This document shows positions 20,539 to 30,338 of a DNA stretch of 64,000 nt, one piece after another. The translations under genes were made by a program, and so were the position numbers. Every line of letters starts with the position of its first letter. Position 1 is the first letter of the stretch. The notes beneath the pieces are model-generated. The model did no database searches. It saw nothing but the letters and a program-made list of their open reading frames with translations, and was not told the DNA's origin. Origin of the DNA: an uncultured delta proteobacterium (GTDB taxonomy: Bacteria > Desulfobacterota > Desulfobacteria > Desulfobacterales > UBA2156); NCBI GenBank assembly GCA_963698465.1, contig CAVOQY010000004.1, positions 38,521-102,520 on the forward strand. Reading direction: 5' to 3'.

Positions 20539-20769
20539 ATGCCTCATGTGATCGTAAAGCTTTATCCGGGGAGATCGGAAGAACAGAAGATCCGTCTTGC
20601 CGAAGAAATCGTCAAAGACGTCGTGGCCATCGCAAAATGCGAAGAAAAATCCGTCTCGGTCGCTTTCGAGGAGATCCCGCCGGAAAAATGGGCAGACCAG
20701 GTCTACAGGCCCGACATCCTTGATAACCCGAATCTTACCAAGAAACCGGGGTACAACCCGTTGGAATAA
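20539..20769 (+). CDS. 4-oxalocrotonate tautomerase family protein
   Basis: The 76-aa protein starts MPHVIVKLYPGRSEEQKIRLAEEIVKDV, with the catalytic Pro1 after Met removal. The ATG at 20539 is internal to the longer track ORF. Confidence 0.8.
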   Translation: MPHVIVKLYPGRSEEQKIRLAEEIVKDVVAIAKCEEKSVSVAFEEIPPEKWADQVYRPDILDNPNLTKKPGYNPLE

Positions 20770-20911
20770 AGAAAGCCGGGCCTTGGCAGCCATCGGTGCA
20801 GCCCTCAGGGCCGTTCGATACCGCGCCAAGGGCCATGGCTCTCACAATGCTTGAAATTTCATCGACATCCTGTAAAATGAACTGGAAACCCTCTGCGAAA
20901 GGAAAGCGCTT

Positions 20912-21418
20912 ATGAAACTGCTGGTGGCGTATCATTCGGACACGGGAAATACGGAAAAAATCGCAAAAGCCATTTTTGAAGCCCTCGGACAGACTGAAAA
21001 GGAAATGGCAACCCTTCAGGAGGCAAAAGGGAAGGATCTTAGACAATACGACCTTATTTTCTTTGGTTTCCCGGTGAACGCAAGCAGTGTACCGACCAAG
21101 GCACAACCGTTTTTAAAGGGCCTTCCCGACGGGGCGAAACTCGCCCTCTACTCCACCCACGGATCCTTTCGCGGCGGTCCCCTTGCCATCACGGGAATTT
21201 ACAACGCAATTTCCCTGGCCAAACACACCACCCTTCTTGGGACTTTTTGCTGTCAAGGCAGTGTCAAGATGAGCCTGCTGGAAGCCCTGAAAGCAAAACC
21301 GGAACACAAGCAGTGGGTGGAAGAAGCCCAAGCCGCTTCAGGGCATCCGGATGCCCATGATCTCGAGGATGCCAGGGACTTCGCCCATAAAATGTTCCGA
21401 AAAGCAAGGGCCTACTGA
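20912..21418 (+). CDS. flavodoxin-family protein
   Basis: MKLLVAYHSDTGNTEKIAKAI FMN-phosphate-binding loop; 168 aa. Confidence 0.75.
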   Translation: MKLLVAYHSDTGNTEKIAKAIFEALGQTEKEMATLQEAKGKDLRQYDLIFFGFPVNASSVPTKAQPFLKGLPDGAKLALYSTHGSFRGGPLAITGIYNAISLAKHTTLLGTFCCQGSVKMSLLEALKAKPEHKQWVEEAQAASGHPDAHDLEDARDFAHKMFRKARAY

Positions 21419-21451
21419 AAGGCTTCCCAAGGCAAATCGACGCCCGAGGGA

Positions 21452-22105
21452 TCACTCGTACCATTTCAGGATTTCTGAAAAGTTCTCTCTGGGAATCTTG
21501 AAGGCGTTGACCGGTGAGTCCGGGTCCGCATACCCCATGGCGATTCCCAGCAGAACTTCTTTTTCCGAAGCGATGTTGAGGGCGTCCTTGATTTCTCCGG
21601 CATAGGCCGTGATCAGGCCGATGGGGCAGGTGGCAAGACCCCTGGCATGGGCGGCCAGGAGCAGATACGCGACACTTAGGCCCACATCCAGGTATCGGAT
21701 GGCGGGGAAGACCCGGTCCAGAGTTACGATGACGGCTACGGGTGCACCGTAGAAAGAGCAGCTGCCCTCCTCGATGAACTGATCGAAGGACTTGTCGAGT
21801 GCGTCGATAAACGGGCGCATGGCCTGGATGGACGAACGGCTCCTCTCGGCGAAACGCCGGGGAAGCGGCCGCGCGGTTCCAGGACCGCAGGAAACCTGTT
21901 TTTCCGACCGGGCTTTCAAAAGCCTTCTGACCAGGCGGTCTTTTTCCTGGCCGTAGGTCACCACGTATTCCCAGGGCTGGAGATTGATGGCGGAGGGCGC
22001 CATGCCCGCGAAAGCGATGATCTCCTGGATCTCTTTCCTGGAGACGGGCTTGTCCACGTAGGCCCTTGCACTTCTGCGTTCCCTCATCGACCGAAAAACA
22101 TCCAT
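21452..22105 (-). CDS. nitroreductase-family FMN oxidoreductase
   Basis: MDVFRSMRERRSARAYVDKPVSRKEIQEII...PSAINLQPWEYVV. The start at 22105 has an AGGAAA about 7 nt upstream. The track start at 22234 is probably too long. Confidence 0.8.
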   Translation of the reverse strand: MDVFRSMRERRSARAYVDKPVSRKEIQEIIAFAGMAPSAINLQPWEYVVTYGQEKDRLVRRLLKARSEKQVSCGPGTARPLPRRFAERSRSSIQAMRPFIDALDKSFDQFIEEGSCSFYGAPVAVIVTLDRVFPAIRYLDVGLSVAYLLLAAHARGLATCPIGLITAYAGEIKDALNIASEKEVLLGIAMGYADPDSPVNAFKIPRENFSEILKWYE

Positions 22106-22326
22106 GTCCGGTTTTCCTATCATCAACGGGTTAAACGGCCTTAGCGGCTGTGGGCGGCCCTGCCGCAGGTTGCAGGGAGCACGCCGCCCCTGCGATTTTG
22201 TTTTTGCCCTACCATGAAAGCCTCGCCCATACAACCACCGCTGTTCTATTGACTTCCGGGGGTGTCCCTTCTATGGTTTTGCAGTCCGTAACCTTATCTT
22301 GGAACCGCTGCCAGGAGGAAAAGATC

Positions 22327-22683
22327 ATGGAACGTGCCCTGTTGTGGTTCAAGTGCGCCGCCGTCCACGATCCGGTGAGGCCGGTGCTCAAGAGACAGGC
22401 AGTCATCGGCTGGGAAGCCAAGCACCGGAAGATCGATCTCGTCATTGAGCGCCCGTTCAAAGGAGAAGAACTTCTGCGCCGCATGAAGGGGTGGTTCACC
22501 GTGGACGTGGAGCAGGCGCTTACCCTCTTCCATCAGCATGGCAGGCTGAAAATACTCGATGACGTGGACCTCGTGGTGGAAACCGAGGACGCACACCAAA
22601 TGAAAGCCCTTTCCGAAGCGCTTTCACAGGCTTTCGGCGGGGAAGCCTGGATCGAGCCCGTGGAAAAGAAAAGGCTCACGTAA
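22327..22683 (+). CDS. hypothetical protein (118 aa)
   Basis: The ATG at 22327 is preceded by AGGAGGAAAAG. I recognise no motif, and the call rests on the RBS and ORF length only. Confidence 0.4.
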   Translation: MERALLWFKCAAVHDPVRPVLKRQAVIGWEAKHRKIDLVIERPFKGEELLRRMKGWFTVDVEQALTLFHQHGRLKILDDVDLVVETEDAHQMKALSEALSQAFGGEAWIEPVEKKRLT

Positions 22684-22688
22684 GCGGG

Positions 22689-23987
22689 TCAACTTTCGGC
22701 GGGCGGGAGTTCCTGGACGTCCTTGAGTTGTCTCTCGATGGCCCTTGTGCGGACCTCGGCCTGGTCGATGGTGTTGGCGGCTTCCTGGAGCTTCTTCTTC
22801 GTCCGGGTCAGCACCTCCCCGAACTTTGCGAATTCGTTTTTCACGCCCCCCAGAACCCGCCACACTTCGCTGGACCGCTTCTCGATGGCCAGGGTTCGAA
22901 ACCCGATTTGGAGGCTGTTCAAGAGTGCGGAAAGCGTCGTGGGGCCGCAGATGACGATCCGGTATTCCCGCTGCAGCGTGTCGCACAGCCCGGGGAGGCG
23001 AAGGACCTCGGCATACAGACCCTCCACCGGTAAAAACAGGATTCCGAAATCGGTGGTGTAAGGCGGGTCGATGTACTTGTCCCGGATCCACCGCGCCTCC
23101 TGCTTGATCCGGTTTTCGAGGCTCTTCAGGTGGCTGTCCACCGCGGCTTTGTCGGCCTGCTCCTGGGCGTCCAGGAGCCGCTGATAATCTTCCTGGGGAA
23201 ACTTGGAGTCGATGGGAAGGTAGACCACTTCTTCCCGATTGGCATCCCTCCCCGGGAGCTTGACGGCGAACTCCACCCTTTCGTTGCTGCCCTTTTTGGT
23301 GGCCACGTTCACGCCGTACTGCTCCGGCGTAAGAATGTCTTCCAGGATGCCGGCAAGGCGCACCTCCCCCCACGTCCCCCGGGTCTTCACGTTGGTGAGG
23401 ACCTTTTTCAAGTCCCCGACCCCCACGGCCAGCGTCTGCATCTCTCCCAGCCCTCGATAGACCTGCTCGAGGCGGTCGCTCACCTGCCGGAAAGATTCGC
23501 CGAGCCGTTTCTCCAGGCTGGTCTGAAGTTTTTCGTCCACCGTCTGCCGCATCTGTTCCAGTTTCCGGCTGTTGTCTTCCTGCAGGCCTTGGATGCGGTC
23601 TTCGACGGTCTTGCGCATCGATTCCAGCTTCTCCTGGTTCAAACGGGTCATCTCCCCCAGGATACGGGCAAAGGAGTCGAGCTGGTCCTTCTGCATGCCG
23701 GCATTTTCGGCCAACCGCTGGAGGAGGGAATCGGCGGTTTCCTTGAGGGAGCCCCTCAGTTCAAAACGGGCCTCACGGGCGCCCGAGGCAGTCTCCTCGC
23801 GGTTCTTGGCGATCTCGTCACGGATCCTGCGCCAGGTTTCTTCCTGTTCTTCCGTCAGATCCCGCAGGGCCTCTCTGAGACGATCGTTCTCTTTTTTGGA
23901 CCTGCCCAAAAGCAGGAAGAGCAACACTGCGATCAAGGCCCAAAAAAGGAGTAACGCAGCAGCAAGAAGGTCGCTTAAAGGGATCAC
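22689..23987 (-). CDS. rmuC: DNA recombination protein RmuC
   Basis: N-terminal TM helix, a long coiled coil, then the RmuC nuclease-like core (GDLKKVLTNVKTRGTWGEVRLAGILEDILTPEQY...VYLPIDSKFP...PTTL). The start is GTG. Confidence 0.85.
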   Translation of the reverse strand: MIPLSDLLAAALLLFWALIAVLLFLLLGRSKKENDRLREALRDLTEEQEETWRRIRDEIAKNREETASGAREARFELRGSLKETADSLLQRLAENAGMQKDQLDSFARILGEMTRLNQEKLESMRKTVEDRIQGLQEDNSRKLEQMRQTVDEKLQTSLEKRLGESFRQVSDRLEQVYRGLGEMQTLAVGVGDLKKVLTNVKTRGTWGEVRLAGILEDILTPEQYGVNVATKKGSNERVEFAVKLPGRDANREEVVYLPIDSKFPQEDYQRLLDAQEQADKAAVDSHLKSLENRIKQEARWIRDKYIDPPYTTDFGILFLPVEGLYAEVLRLPGLCDTLQREYRIVICGPTTLSALLNSLQIGFRTLAIEKRSSEVWRVLGGVKNEFAKFGEVLTRTKKKLQEAANTIDQAEVRTRAIERQLKDVQELPPAES

Positions 23988-24040
23988 GGATTCTTTCTCA
24001 AACGTTCGCTTAACAAACGGCTCGCGCCTTGGCGGTTTCG

Positions 24041-24871
24041 TCAGTCGATTCCAAGCAGGTCTCTGGCGTCTTGGCAGGTTGCCGGTTCAAAGCCCACTTG
24101 TCGGACCAGGGCCACCAGCCGGGCGACGAGTTCGGCATTCTGCCTTGCCGCTTTTCCCGGGGAAAAATAGACGCTGTCTTCGAATCCCACCCGAACGAGG
24201 GTTGCCCCCATGCCCAGGGCCGTGGCCAAAAGCGAGAGGTCCGTCATTCCATCGTGGATGACTCCCCACAGGATGTCTCTTTCCGCCAGGTGGGTCAAGA
24301 AGGAAAGGCTTGCCGGATGCGCCGGGAGGGCCCATTGAAATCCAAGACAAAAATTGAAGTGATAGGGAAAGCTCAACGTCCCCTCTTCAACCAGTTGGCC
24401 CGCCACCGGAAGCATGCCGGCCTCAAAAACCTCCAGCTCCGGCACCACGCCGGCTTCCTTCATCCGTCCGGCCCAGTAGCGGATGTCCGGAAGGGTGTTG
24501 ATATAAACCGTATCTCCGAAATTGACGGAGCCCATGTTGAGGGAAGCCACTTCCACCCGGGAATCGTTCAATGCGACACACCGCTCTTCCTGGGAAAGCG
24601 TGGACACCCCTCCCGTGGACCCTTGGATGACGATGTCCGAAGAATCCCGGATCCTATCCAACGTTTTTGAAAAGGCCGCCAGGTCTCCCGTCTGCTCTCC
24701 ACGCTCGTCCCTGACGTGCAAATGAACCATGGAAGCGCCAGCTTTTTCGCAGGAAACGACTTCACGGGCCACCGCTTCCGGAGAGAGGGGGTTTTCGATA
24801 TGCTCGGGAACCTGCCTGCCCACCGGGGCAACCGCCACAATAATTTTCCGCTTCGACCACATAACCGTCAT
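24041..24871 (-). CDS. 3-keto-5-aminohexanoate cleavage enzyme family (BKACE/DUF849) protein
   Basis: IIVAVAPVG...NPLSPEAVAREVVSCEKAGASMVHLHVRDERG is typical of the BKACE TIM barrel. There is an AGGAG RBS. Confidence 0.75.
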   Translation of the reverse strand: MTVMWSKRKIIVAVAPVGRQVPEHIENPLSPEAVAREVVSCEKAGASMVHLHVRDERGEQTGDLAAFSKTLDRIRDSSDIVIQGSTGGVSTLSQEERCVALNDSRVEVASLNMGSVNFGDTVYINTLPDIRYWAGRMKEAGVVPELEVFEAGMLPVAGQLVEEGTLSFPYHFNFCLGFQWALPAHPASLSFLTHLAERDILWGVIHDGMTDLSLLATALGMGATLVRVGFEDSVYFSPGKAARQNAELVARLVALVRQVGFEPATCQDARDLLGID

Positions 24872-24881
24872 GACGTCTCCT

Positions 24882-25409
24882 TCACCTTACGACCCGGGTG
24901 ATCCTGACGATTTCCGGGTCCGTGAACCGGTCCAAAGCGTCCCGGGCGACTGTTGAAAAACTGTACATCACGGCGCCGGTTTCCAGCGTCTGGAACCAGT
25001 GCTTTTCCCCCGGCTTCAAGGTGATCTGGTCCCCGGGCTGCATCAGGATTTCATGGCGCAGCGTGTACGCCTTTTCCTTTCCCTCGGGAATGAAACCCGC
25101 CTTCAAAGTATCTTTCCCTTCCACATAAAACAGGACTGTCCCGGAAACGATCCGGACCGTTTCTTCTTTGCCTGGATCCTCGCCTACGGGTGGATGCCAG
25201 TGTTCGGGTTCGGTCTGGTTCGGAAAAAGGACCAGCACTTTGACGCTGATCCTCTCCGTTTGAATCAGCGTCAAGACCTGAACGCCTTCCTGTTCCAGTC
25301 GGCTCAGGCCGAAATCGACCACTTCGATGCTTTCGGCTTCTTGATCGGTGATCCGGATCCCGGCGCGGCGGATGCTTTCCGCAGCCGCGGCACGGGCCGA
25401 TGCCTGCAC
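24882..25409 (-). CDS. D-lyxose/D-mannose family sugar isomerase (cupin)
   Basis: VVDFGLSRLEQEGVQVLTLIQTERISVKVLVLFPNQTEPEHWHPPVGEDPGKEETVRIVSGTVLFYVEG matches the D-lyxose ketol-isomerase cupin core as I remember it. Confidence 0.7.
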   Translation of the reverse strand: MQASARAAAAESIRRAGIRITDQEAESIEVVDFGLSRLEQEGVQVLTLIQTERISVKVLVLFPNQTEPEHWHPPVGEDPGKEETVRIVSGTVLFYVEGKDTLKAGFIPEGKEKAYTLRHEILMQPGDQITLKPGEKHWFQTLETGAVMYSFSTVARDALDRFTDPEIVRITRVVR

Positions 25410-25646
25410 TTCCTGTCGTGATCATCTCTTGTCCCGATTTCTTTTCAAATCCATCGCCTGATTCGATGGATAAACCGGAATTTGACCGACTGTCAATACC
25501 CTTGCCTTCGCTTCAAAAGGCTTGCACTTCAAAGAATTGGAGTTGCCCGACGGGCAGAAGGTGGGATATATTCGTCAAGATGGCGCCACAGGAATCCGTA
25601 CCTCTTTTAACGTTTACCGTTTTCGTCGACCCGACCTAGAGAGAAA

Positions 25647-26622
25647 ATGTCCAGGTTTGCCTTTTCATTCGGGATTATCCTGTTCGGTCTTTCCTCCGGT
25701 TATGCGATCCAGCAACTTCACCGGCATCATCGAATCCGGCTCCCCATTCCCATCGATTCCCTCAGGAAATTACTTCAGCAGATCGCGCTTTTGTTTCTCA
25801 ACCCCGTGGCCATTGTCGGCGCCGTTTGGACTGTGAAACTCAAGGATCCTGAGCTGATGGCCCTCCCTTTTATCGGCCTCTTTGCGCTGGTGGCCGGCGG
25901 CCTCCTTGCCCTGGCGGCCGCCCGCATCCTCCATCTGGAACCCCGGAAAACAGGAGCCCTCTTCGGGTGCGGGTCCTTCACCAACATCGGCTCCATCGGC
26001 GCCTTGGTCTGTTTTGTTTTTAGGCGAGGCCGGTTTCGCTCTGGTCCCGATTTACAAGCTCTTTGAAGAAATATCGTATTATTCCATCGGCTTTCCCATT
26101 GCCAAGTATTTCAGTGGGGCCGAGTCCGGGGATATACGCCTCGCCGATCGCCTGAAGCGCTTCACCCGGGATCCCTTCATCCTTGTGGCACTGACCAGCA
26201 TCATCGCCGGTGCTTTGCTGAACGCAGGCGGTTTTCATCGACCCGAAGGGTACGCCGGCGTCATTGCGATCTTCGTTCCCCTGGCAACGGTGCTGCTTTT
26301 GGCCTCCATCGGATTGGCACTGCGCTTTTCACGGGTCGGAAACTACCTGAGAGAGTGCCTGAGCGTCTCCTTCATCAAGTTCCTCCTGGTCCCGTCGGCC
26401 GCCACGACATTGGCCTATTTTCTCGGTTTGGGAGGCATCGACGAGGCCCTGCCGCTCAAAGTGGTCCTGATCCTGTCCTCCATGCCGGTGGCTTTCAACG
26501 CGCTCATTCCGCCTTCCCTTTACGACCTGGATGTCGATCTCGCCAACTCCTGCTGGCTGGTGACGACGGCCCTTTTGGGAATCGTCTTGCCTTTGCTTTT
26601 GACCGTTATCCAGCTTTTTTAA
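25647..26622 (+). pseudogene. AEC-family (auxin efflux carrier-like) transporter interrupted by a +1 frame change
   Basis: The N-terminal half is in one frame (25647-about 26021, MSRFAFSFGIILFGLSSG...GSFTNIGSIGALVCFV). The C-terminal half is in the +1 frame (about 26020-26622, LGEAGFALVPIYKLFEEISYYSIGFPI...LLTVIQLF). The junction is the T5 run at 26017-26021. Confidence 0.65.
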
Positions 26623-26672
26623 ATGAATCCTGTTTTCCGATCTTCAAAATCGCCCCTCTTTCTGGGCTCGAT

Positions 26673-28289
26673 ATGAGCACCCAAAGCCTCACCGCCGTCC
26701 TCATCGATCCCGTCCGCGGGGACCTGCAGGCCCGTTCGGTGCACTTCGATTCAAAGTATCCGGCCTATGGGACCGAAAACGGTGTGCTCCGGGCGCCCGA
26801 CCCCCAGATCGTGCACGCCGATCCACGCATGTGGGTCGAAGCCCTGGACGATATGTGCGCCTGGCTCAAGAAACAGCGCCTCTCAGGAAAGATTCGGGGG
26901 ATCGGCGTTTCGGCGCAGCAACACGGAACGGTCTATCTGAAGCCCGGTGCCTTCGAAGTTCATAGCAGGCGTCACTCCCGCACGACCCCTTTCCGGGCAG
27001 ATCCACGGTATTTTTTCCCGGCAGCACCAGCCCGGTCTGGATGGATTCCAGCACGTTCAAGGAATGTGAAGAAATCACCGTTGCTCTCGGCGGTGACAAA
27101 GAGGTGGCGGCACGGACCGGGTCCATCGCCACCGAGCGCTTTGCCGGACCCCAGATTCGCAAGTTCTGGAAGCAAGAGTCCGATGCGTATGAGAACACCG
27201 CCCACATCGCCCTCATCAGCTCTTTCATCACCTCGATTCTGATCGGCCGGCCCGCTCCCGTGGATGCCGGGGACGGCTATGGAACCAATTTGGCCGACAT
27301 CCGGACCGGATCCTGGAGCCGGCAAGTCCTTGAACGGGTCGCCCCCGATTTGCAAAAACGGTTGCCCGAGCTGAAAACTTCCGACGAAGTCGCAGGCCCG
27401 GTGTCCGCTTACCTGGTCCGTCGCCATGGCTTTTCCCCAGAGGCGAAAGTCGTCATCGGTTCGGGGGACAATCCTTCCAGCCTGGTCGGACTGGGCTTGC
27501 TGGGGAAAACGGCCATCCATGCCATCAGCCTGGGAACCAGCGACACCTATTTCGGCTACCTTCCCCGGCCTGCGCCCAGGACGGGAAGAAACGGCACACC
27601 TCTTCGGTACCGCTGACGGAAAGTACATGTTCTTGATCTGCTTCCAAAATGGAAGCCTGGCCCGAAAACGGATAAAAGACGCCTACGGCCTGGACTGGCG
27701 GACGTTTTCCGACATCCTGCTCCGGACGCCGACCGGGAACGGGGGCCGGATTCTCCTGCCTTATTTTTTCCCGGAGATCACGCCGAAGGTGACGAATCCG
27801 TGTGTCCGCCGATACGGCGGACTCGATCCGTCGGATCCGGAAGGCAATGTCCGCGCCGTCATCGAGGCCCAGGCCATGGCCATGTATCTTCACTCCTTTT
27901 GGATCGGCATCCGACCCCAAGAGATTCTAGTGACCGCCGGTGGATCCCAAAACCCGGGCCTGATCCAGGTGCTGGCGGACGTTTTCGGCATACCTGTTCA
28001 TGCCTGCTCGGTCAGGGAGAGCGCCGCACTCGGAGCGGCATTCCGGGCTGCCCGGGCGTGCCGCCAGAAAGATGAACATCCCCTTGAATTCGAGGATCTT
28101 TACCGGATCTTTCTGAGCATGCAGGTCCTTCTGACTTCCCATCCTTCTCCCCGGGCCGCCGCGCTCTATCGCGGAAAGGAAGGACTGTTGGAAATTTACC
28201 GGGACTGTGAAAGACATGCCCTTCGTGCCGGAGATCCCCCTTTTCAGCGGATCAAGGCTTTCCAAAAACGCCTCTCAAGTCTTCCCTGA
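26673..28289 (+). pseudogene. xylB: FGGY-family D-xylulokinase (eukaryote-like XylB type) with three +1 frame changes
   Basis: Colinear segments lie in three frames. Segment 1, 26673-about 26960: MSTQSLTAVLIDP...GVSAQQHGTVYLKPGAFEV. Segment 2, about 26962-27031: IAGVTPARPLSGQIHGIFSRQHQP (my translation). Segment 3, about 27033-27580: VWMDSSTFKECEEI...GDNPSSLVG...LGTSDTYFGYLPRPAP. Segment 4, about 27582-28289: EETAHLFGTADGKYMFLICFQNGSLARKRI...TAGGSQNPGLIQVLADVFG. Confidence 0.75.
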
Positions 28290-28342
28290 CCGCGTGAATT
28301 TTCTGTCCTGGCAGGGTCGGCCCCTTACGATCCATTTCTTTC

Positions 28343-28389
28343 TTGACATCGGGTTTTTCCCTTGGTATTGAGTTTTGTATACAAAATTC
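28343..28389 (+). promoter_or_regulatory. sigma70-like promoter with overlapping GntR-type palindromic operator
   Basis: TTGACA (28343-28348), 17 nt, TATTGA (28366-28371). The palindrome GAGTTTTGTATACAAAATTC (28370-28389) is symmetric at 18 of 20 positions, has a T.GT...AC.A core, and lies about 65 nt upstream of the GntR start. Confidence 0.6.
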
Positions 28390-28454
28390 AATGACCAAAA
28401 AAGAGGCCCCCGCACCCACTTCGTCTTCGCCTGCGGGAAAAAAGAGGAAAGTCC

Positions 28455-29123
28455 ATGCCCAACCTGGGGGCGCAACATAAAAATCTGGACCAAAAAGCCT
28501 ATCAGATCCTCAAAACCATGATCATCGAGAGACGGCTGCTCCCCGGCGAGAAAATACAGCAGGAAAAACTCGCCCAGGAGCTGGGCATCAGCCGGACGCC
28601 CTTGATCAGCGCCCTGAAATACCTGGAAAAGGAGAAGCTGGTCGAGGCTCTCCCCAGAAGGGGCTTTTTCGTGCGCCTCTTCTCGAAAAGGGAGATGGTG
28701 TACATCTTCGAACTCAGGGAAGTTCTCGAAGGCCTGGCCGCCCGACGGGCTGCCGCGCACATCACCGACGCGCAGATCTCCCGGCTGCAGACCTTCTTTA
28801 ATCCATTCGACCCCCGTGTGGAAATCGCGGATCTCAAGGCCTATTCCCGTGAAGACCGCCGATTTCACAACTTCGTCATCGAAGTGGGTTCGAAGGAATT
28901 TCTTCAAAGCATTCTCGAAAATTACAACATCATCAGCTACAGCTACCAGATCGTGACGTCAGAAGGCCTGATTCGCCCTCCGGATCAGACCCTCCCCGAA
29001 CATCTGGCGGTCATCGAGGCCATCAGCCGCCGGGATGAAGAAGCGGCCGAAGAGCTGATGAGGCTTCACCTGAAAAAGACCATCGCTTTCCTGAAAACGG
29101 ACATGGAGAAAGCAGACGTCTGA
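28455..29123 (+). CDS. GntR-family transcriptional regulator (FadR/FCD subfamily)
   Basis: The winged-HTH region is LPGEKIQQEKLAQELGISRTPLISALKYLEKEKLVEALPRRGFFV. It is followed by a helical FCD-like C-terminal domain. Confidence 0.88.
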   Translation: MPNLGAQHKNLDQKAYQILKTMIIERRLLPGEKIQQEKLAQELGISRTPLISALKYLEKEKLVEALPRRGFFVRLFSKREMVYIFELREVLEGLAARRAAAHITDAQISRLQTFFNPFDPRVEIADLKAYSREDRRFHNFVIEVGSKEFLQSILENYNIISYSYQIVTSEGLIRPPDQTLPEHLAVIEAISRRDEEAAEELMRLHLKKTIAFLKTDMEKADV

Positions 29124-29135
29124 AAGGGATTTGAC

Positions 29136-30140
29136 ATGGAATACCGCCGATTGGGACGCTCCGGGCTGAAACTGTCCAGCCTCGTTCTGGGCACCATGAA
29201 TTTCGGAAGCCCCACATCCGAAAAAGCCTCCCGAAGCATTCTAGAGGCCGCCTTCGAAGCCGGGGTCAACTGCATTGACTGCGCCGACGTCTATGCCGGC
29301 GGGAAGAGCGAGCAGATACTGGGAAATTCCCTGAAGGCCATGGGTGCAAGAAAAGAGGTCATCCTGACGACCAAAGTCTTTTGGCCCACCGGAGAAGGCC
29401 CCAATGACCGGGGGCTTTCCCGCGCTCACATCCTCGATTCCTGTGAAAAAAGCCTCAGGAACCTAAAGACCGACCACATCGACCTTTATTTTCTGCATCG
29501 TGCGGACTTCCAAGTACCCCTGGAAGAAACTTTAAGCGCCATGGACCTTTTGGTCCGGCAGGGAAAGGTCCGGTACCTCGGATGCTCCACCTTTCCCCCC
29601 TGGAAAACGGTGGAGGCCCTGTGGGTGGCCGACCGGTACGGCTATCCCGTGATCGTTTGCGAGCAACCCCCGTACAACCTTCTGGACCGTCGTTTTGAAA
29701 ACGAAATTCTTCCCATGTGCCGCGCTTTTGATTTGGGGGTCATCACGTGGTCCCCCCTGGCGCAGGGCGTGTTGGCCGGACGATATGCCGACGCCGGGGC
29801 TCTTCCGCCGGGCAGTCGGGGATCGCAGAAAAAAATCTTCGCCGAGCGGATTACACGCGAGGGAATCGAAGCGGCGCGGAAACTGGCGTTAAGGGCAGAG
29901 GAAAAAGGGTGTTCCCCGGCTCAGTTTGCAACCGCCTGGGTCCTGCATCAACCCGGAGTTACGGCAACCCTCGTGGGGCCGCGCACCCTGAACCACTTGA
30001 AGGAAAGCCTTAAGTCCTGCTCGTTGGAGCTGGACCCTTCGGACCTCGCGTTCTGCGATGCCCTGGTGGCTCCCGGAACCCATTTGTCCGACCACTTCAA
30101 CACGGCGAAGTGGAATCCGTTGCGCGAATCCGAACTCTGA
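29136..30140 (+). CDS. aldo/keto reductase
   Basis: MEYRRLGRSGLKLSSLVLGTMNFG...GVNCIDCADVYAGGKSEQILG...IDLYFLHRAD is the canonical AKR pattern. Confidence 0.9.
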   Translation: MEYRRLGRSGLKLSSLVLGTMNFGSPTSEKASRSILEAAFEAGVNCIDCADVYAGGKSEQILGNSLKAMGARKEVILTTKVFWPTGEGPNDRGLSRAHILDSCEKSLRNLKTDHIDLYFLHRADFQVPLEETLSAMDLLVRQGKVRYLGCSTFPPWKTVEALWVADRYGYPVIVCEQPPYNLLDRRFENEILPMCRAFDLGVITWSPLAQGVLAGRYADAGALPPGSRGSQKKIFAERITREGIEAARKLALRAEEKGCSPAQFATAWVLHQPGVTATLVGPRTLNHLKESLKSCSLELDPSDLAFCDALVAPGTHLSDHFNTAKWNPLRESEL

Positions 30141-30338
30141 TCGAAAACGAAACCAGGGCACGGCCATCTGCGGCGAGTTGAAAAAGAGCCTGTTTTGCAG
30201 GGAAAGGAGGGGATCAAGACTTCCGTAGCGGTTTTAGCTTCCGAAAGAACCCCGCCGCTCATAGGGTGAGGGCTTCCGGAAACCTCGGCGGTTCCACCAG
30301 TTGAGAAGAACGAACAAAGCACAAGAAGGAGGAAGGCC

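Noticed and set aside
20805-20830. tRNA-like T-arm string (GGGCCGTTCGATACCGCGCC) in the tautomerase-flavodoxin gap
   Set aside because: No acceptor stem, D-arm or anticodon arm can be built around it, and the T-loop consensus GTTCGAATC is not matched.
28275-28907. 210-aa minus-strand ORF overlapping the GntR gene
   Set aside because: The plus-strand frame gives a canonical GntR winged-HTH plus an FCD domain with a promoter and operator upstream. The minus-strand product has no motif.
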